Positions 60,284-64,000 of a DNA stretch of 64,000 nucleotides are shown piece after piece; position 1 is the first letter of the stretch, and every line of letters begins with the position of its first letter. Made by a program: the position numbers and the translations under genes. The notes beneath the pieces were generated by a model that did not search any database, was not told where the DNA came from, and saw only the letters and a program-made list of their open reading frames with translations. The DNA comes from a virus: the IMG/VR virus record IMGVR_UViG_3300024339_000015; one strand, written 5' to 3'.

Positions 60284-60898
60284 TTAGCCCTCGTTTTTTA
60301 TTTTATTTATGTAATCGTAAGCAACATACCCAGGACATGCAGGCTTCCCGAAGTCAGCGTGACCATATATGTCTGCTTTAGTTATAGACAATTTATCCAT
60401 ATTAAGCAAGTGTTCTATCAATTTTTTTAGAGACGAGAGCTGTGCTTGAGAAGGTCCACTAGATGTTCCTTTGTGACCCTCGCCGTCAAAGTCACCAACC
60501 AACATTATTCCTATACTTGATGTATTTTGTCCCTTAGCTTGCCATACGGTATGACTTAATTGATTACAGTGGTATACATCCCCTTCTTTTGATATCCCAT
60601 AATGATAACAAAAATGGGGACACCCGTTAGGAGAGATATGATTAGGTTGGATATGGTAGTTATTGACTTGCTCTACTGTGGCATCACCAAGTTCTTGGTG
60701 CACAATTATTTTATTTATAGATGCTAGCGATCTTTTACTTCATTTTCTTGACTCGTGCCATTGTAACTCACTAATTACATTATCAATAACAAATGGTTTT
60801 TTTATTGCCTCTTCTGAAACTTTTTTATCTGGAGCTGGTATTGTCCTCTTTAGTAAGATTTTAATAAATTCTCAAACGTATGTTAGTATTATTTTCAT
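60284..60898 (-). CDS. Endolysin, type-2 N-acetylmuramoyl-L-alanine amidase, 204 aa via TGA 60872-60874 and 60740-60742
   Basis: KIIVHQ, YHYGI, SIGIMLVGDF, YGHADFGKPACPG; the first zinc-ligand strand is only complete with the upstream TGA-containing N-terminus. Confidence 0.9.
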
Positions 60899-60911
60899 GT
60901 TTTAATTTAGG

Positions 60912-61178
60912 TTAGTTTTGGGCAGGCCTGGTAGGAATTGAACCCACGCACTCCGTTTTGGACGCGGAGGGGGACAGTTTTGAAGACTGCTCGTCACCCA
61001 GCTGACGCCTCAGGCCTATTTTATTTTTTATATAGTCCTGTGACGCATTATTAGCATCATCAATATTATTGTATGCATTATCTAGAATTTTGGTTTGTTG
61101 TAAACAATGGTCGTCTATTTGTACAGAAAAATTGTCTGTACCATAAATAGCGTCTATATGTATTTCGAGTCTCTTCAT
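60912..61178 (-). CDS. ORF whose 3' third is the UCA tRNA
   Basis: TAATG-coupled start; no stop before the tRNA. Confidence 0.45.
   Translation of the reverse strand: MKRLEIHIDAIYGTDNFSVQIDDHCLQQTKILDNAYNNIDDANNASQDYIKNKIGLRRQLGDEQSSKLSPSASKTECVGSIPTRPAQN
60919..61018 (-). tRNA. tRNA with UCA anticodon (reads UGA), long variable arm, Sec-like/suppressor
   Basis: AGGCCTG/CAGGCCT acceptor (8 bp with U:G, then C-CCA), D-stem CGTCA/TGACG, GCAGT-CTTCAAA-ACTGT, CTCCG/CGGAG extra arm, GTGGG-TTCAATT-CCTAC. Confidence 0.9.
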
Positions 61179-61501
61179 TATTTATCCAATGTCTTAGTTA
61201 TTCCAGCACCTAGTATGGTGTATAAAAGTTTTTTAAACCATAGTTGCTCCCAGAAGGGGACTTGTAGTTTGTCTACCTCCTGGTAGTTAATAATTATAGA
61301 GTCCTGGATAGCTATTAAACTATCCTTATTAACACACTCCTGTAGCTTGACTAAAAGAGTGTCAAACTGTGTTGGTGTAAATACTATACTACCTACATCA
61401 ACTAAGGTAGGTTTAGTTAGGAGCTCTTGACAACCCACTAAACTAAAGCTTAGAAAGGAGATCGTTAAAGTGCTTAACTTTATCTTCTGGAACAATGTCA
61501 T
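61178..61501 (-). CDS. Lipoprotein, spanin-like
   Basis: Lipobox LVGC, C-terminal hydrophobic stretch, overlaps the upstream TM/coiled-coil gene. Confidence 0.65.
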   Translation of the reverse strand: MTLFQKIKLSTLTISFLSFSLVGCQELLTKPTLVDVGSIVFTPTQFDTLLVKLQECVNKDSLIAIQDSIIINYQEVDKLQVPFWEQLWFKKLLYTILGAGITKTLDK

Positions 61502-61706
61502 TTATTTCTTTCTCAATAGATTTTTTTTTATTTTTATTTTGCAGCCTGTTTCTTTTTTCTAAAAGGCGTTTTATCTTATTTCTTTTAATTTTAATCTCCG
61601 CTGAATCGTTAGATAATACTTTAGACCCAGCGTAGATTAATACTACATAAGAAATTATGTGTAACAGTTCCCTTATAAGTGAAGCTAGGTTACTTAGCTT
61701 CTTCAT
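61443..61706 (-). CDS. Membrane-anchored coiled-coil protein (i-spanin-like)
   Basis: N-terminal TM segment plus basic helical tail; lysis-cassette position. Confidence 0.55.
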   Translation of the reverse strand: MKKLSNLASLIRELLHIISYVVLIYAGSKVLSNDSAEIKIKRNKIKRLLEKRNRLQNKNKKKSIEKEINDIVPEDKVKHFNDLLSKL

Positions 61707-61914
61707 CTGTCCCTACTAATTCCCGCAAACTTTCTATTTTGCCTCTTGTAAAGTCATGTACTTCTTTTTCTTGTGCAATAGCTTGACGTATTTCGTTCTC
61801 TTGTTCACGTAATTTCTGTATATTGTCGTTGTATTCTTGCACCTTTTGCACACGAGCATTATTTTCTTCTTCTAACTTATGTATCTTTTCTTCCAGCATT
61901 TTGGTATCTTTCAT
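61690..61914 (-). CDS. Coiled-coil protein
   Basis: ORF track. Confidence 0.7.
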   Translation of the reverse strand: MKDTKMLEEKIHKLEEENNARVQKVQEYNDNIQKLREQENEIRQAIAQEKEVHDFTRGKIESLRELVGTDEEAK

Positions 61915-62052
61915 ATTATTGTAGTTTGGTTAAGTTTGAAAGTGTTATATTATTTAATATATTAAGTTTGATTATGAAAAGCAATGGTTATTTATGGTAT
62001 TTTTCTTTTATATTTTATAGCTGTTTCCCACCTAGACATTATGCCCTAAATA

Positions 62053-63999
62053 CTACCCACAATGGTACGTACAACCAACAAACGCTACCATGTACACTAC
62101 TCCATCATACTCCACCTCTTCTAGTTTATACTTAGTATCATCATCAAAATTACAGTCCATTGTTATTTTAGCAACAGTATAGTTGTGTAGTACATCATCT
62201 GATTGTTTCATGCCTATACCAGGAATAGGTGATGAAGTTATATAGTCCCCATTTTCTAGATTTCCAGAATAATTTGATATCCAAACAGCACCCTCCCCTA
62301 AGGAGTTTATTTTTAAGTACTCATTTAGCATAGAGTTTCCTTCACTGTCTACAAGTAGATTTTTATCATCGTCAAATTTTCTGGTGTTAGTAATGCCAGA
62401 TATAACGCCGTAAACCGACTTATCCATTTTTGTGGAAGATACCTCAACATTCGTTCATGTGTCCATTATATCAATAGAAGAGATACCCGTATTCATTGAC
62501 CGATCTGTATAACCAGGACTAGAAGTGACAATTTTACCTATATAATTCTCTATGTTATCCTTGTAGTAGTTAATTGTATTATCAGATGGCCATGATTTAT
62601 GGGTACCAGTAAAAAATAAACTGGTCCAAAATACTCCCCCAGTATCATCGGTTAGGAACTCATCGTTAGCTGCAGTTGAATTGTTAGAATCGTATAAGAA
62701 CGATCTCATTCTAACAGTACCGTTGACATCAAGCTGACTAGTTGGAGCGTCAACATTTATACCTACGTTCCCACCAGAAATATTTAGTTTATTACCATTC
62801 TCAAGTTTAAAATTTATAAAAGACCCTGGAGTACCTCACCCTATATAACACCCCCTAGTATCAGAACTATCTCTTACTTCAAAGTACCCATAGTGGTCGG
62901 AGTCGGAAGTATATTTAGATGTAATAGCTCCATAATTACATCTTATTTTTCCCCCACTTACATCAAATAGCTCCCCAGGGTTGGTAGTGCCAACACCGAC
63001 ATTTCCATCATACTTTATAGTCAGTCTGTCAAATAAGTCCTTATCATAAAGGTTATTAACGGCAAATCTAAGGTCAGTTTTGTCATAACTGGTATTCATA
63101 TTATCAGTGTGCCTTACAGCCCTAATTGCAGCCCCTATCTGGTCAGTGTCCTCGGATGGATTCATAGTATTTGATTTAAAAGCGATCCCAGCGAATGCGT
63201 TTTCTGTTGCATTATCGTTGTGTATAACTAGCTCAAAGTCACTAAATATGTTATTGTTGGATGTAGTTGTGCCGTCATCTCCCCTAATTTCCATAACCCC
63301 AGCAGCAATTGTCCCTACGCCACCTGCACTTAATTTATTAGTAATTTTGACATCACCACCCGTTACATATAATTTATATGAACCATTTAGATTATCATCT
63401 CCGATAGTTACTTGTCCTGCTGTAATTCCTTTTTGAAAATATGGGGGGAAAGAATCGTAGGATGACGCGGCTAAAAGTCTAAAATCAAAAGTAGATTTTA
63501 ATCAAAAGTACCTTGCGCCAGAGGTATGCCTTCCCAAGTTGGTGTAGGAAACGCCGTTTAGTTCAACATCGTAGCTTCAAAAAGCGTCTCCATCCAAATT
63601 ATTAGATGTAGCCCCTGTCAGGTCATCAGCGTCTCCTCCAAAATTGTATTTTCCAAGCGAAAAATCACTGCTAGTAGTACCAAAACCTAACGAAAGAGTG
63701 TTGGAGTTATAAGTTGAGTTAGTTGCATATGATTCTAATGTTGTGGAACTAACACCTACAGATCGTTTATAATAAAAAGTAGAGTTGGCTCCTTCTATGT
63801 ATACTTGGTGTCCTCCTCTTAGTCCTGGAGTAATTATCATTCCTATCGGATAGTCCAGCGATGGGGTCTCCATCCGAACCATACCAGCACTCTCCCCGCC
63901 TCGAGCTCCATTTAAAATTAAAGCATAGTAATTTCCGGAACCGGAAGTCCAATCTGATACATATCTCACGAAATATTTTCCAAAATCAGCATGTGTCTC
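62053..63999 (-). CDS. Tail fibre-like protein, partial, one frame with four TGA (63577, 63502, 62836, 62455)
   Basis: Four track ORFs join in frame; GNVGVGTTNP/GNVGIN repeats; C-terminal NSLGEGAVW...NGDYITSS...VAKITMDC domain; TAG stop. Confidence 0.88.
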
Positions 64000-64000
64000 G

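Noticed and set aside
60860-60920. HDV-like (theta) ribozyme after the suppressor tRNA
   Set aside because: Only about 20 AT-rich nt separate the tRNA from the endolysin start; no nested pseudoknot is possible there.
1375-63436. Most antisense or nested ORFs in the track (e.g. 1375..1704, 3667..4098, 13146..13502, 44939..45487, 50046..50417)
   Set aside because: They are shadows of well-supported genes on the opposite strand, with no RBS or motifs.
1859-63999. Split minus-strand ORFs read as pseudogenes or frameshifts
   Set aside because: Fragments are always in the same frame, separated only by TGA (never TAA/TAG), include essential genes, and the gaps encode conserved motifs.
39159-63999. 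TGA as selenocysteine or glycine (code 25)
   Set aside because: Diagnostic sites (DUF192 FWxKN, LysM YGVSW, YIGWG) call for Trp, none is a redox Cys position, and no SECIS-like hairpin was evident; the tRNA's actual charge remains untested.

Overview
AT-rich segment of a large tailed-phage genome, with no host housekeeping operons. It has two compartments. The minus-strand blocks (about 1-6535, 38100-46188 and 54552-64000) hold virion, baseplate and tail genes, the portal, the lysis cassette and a fused beta-beta' multisubunit RNA polymerase. The plus-strand blocks hold small early/accessory genes behind a repeated TGGTATAAGAA motif: RNA repair (kinase, HD protein, Ro60-like protein, Rnl2-like ligase, phosphoesterases), DNA ligase, Hsp20, two ClpP, tmRNA, tRNA-Ala, RavA-ViaA and a glycosyltransferase. 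Two results stand out. (1) The genetic code is split by compartment. Fourteen in-frame TGA codons interrupt ten minus-strand genes, several at positions where the family expects Trp (DUF192 FWxKN, LysM YGVSW, amidase, tail fibre YIGWG). One of them sits just before essential motifs of the RNA polymerase. Plus-strand genes use TGA as a real stop, with nine ATGA overlaps. An atypical long-variable-arm tRNA with a UCA anticodon lies inside the lysis cassette. (2) A retron-type reverse transcriptase is accompanied by three separate msr/msd-like non-coding units: one upstream and two in tandem 1.8 kb downstream. They share an arm-adjacent G and a covarying 3-nt-loop hairpin but carry different cargo. 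Other points of interest are a host-like type IV pilin cassette with a sigma54 promoter, a protein resembling one mitochondrial-carrier repeat, an actin-like ATPase, a candidate iteron origin and several unclassified structured RNAs. All family assignments come from motif recognition by eye, not from database searches.
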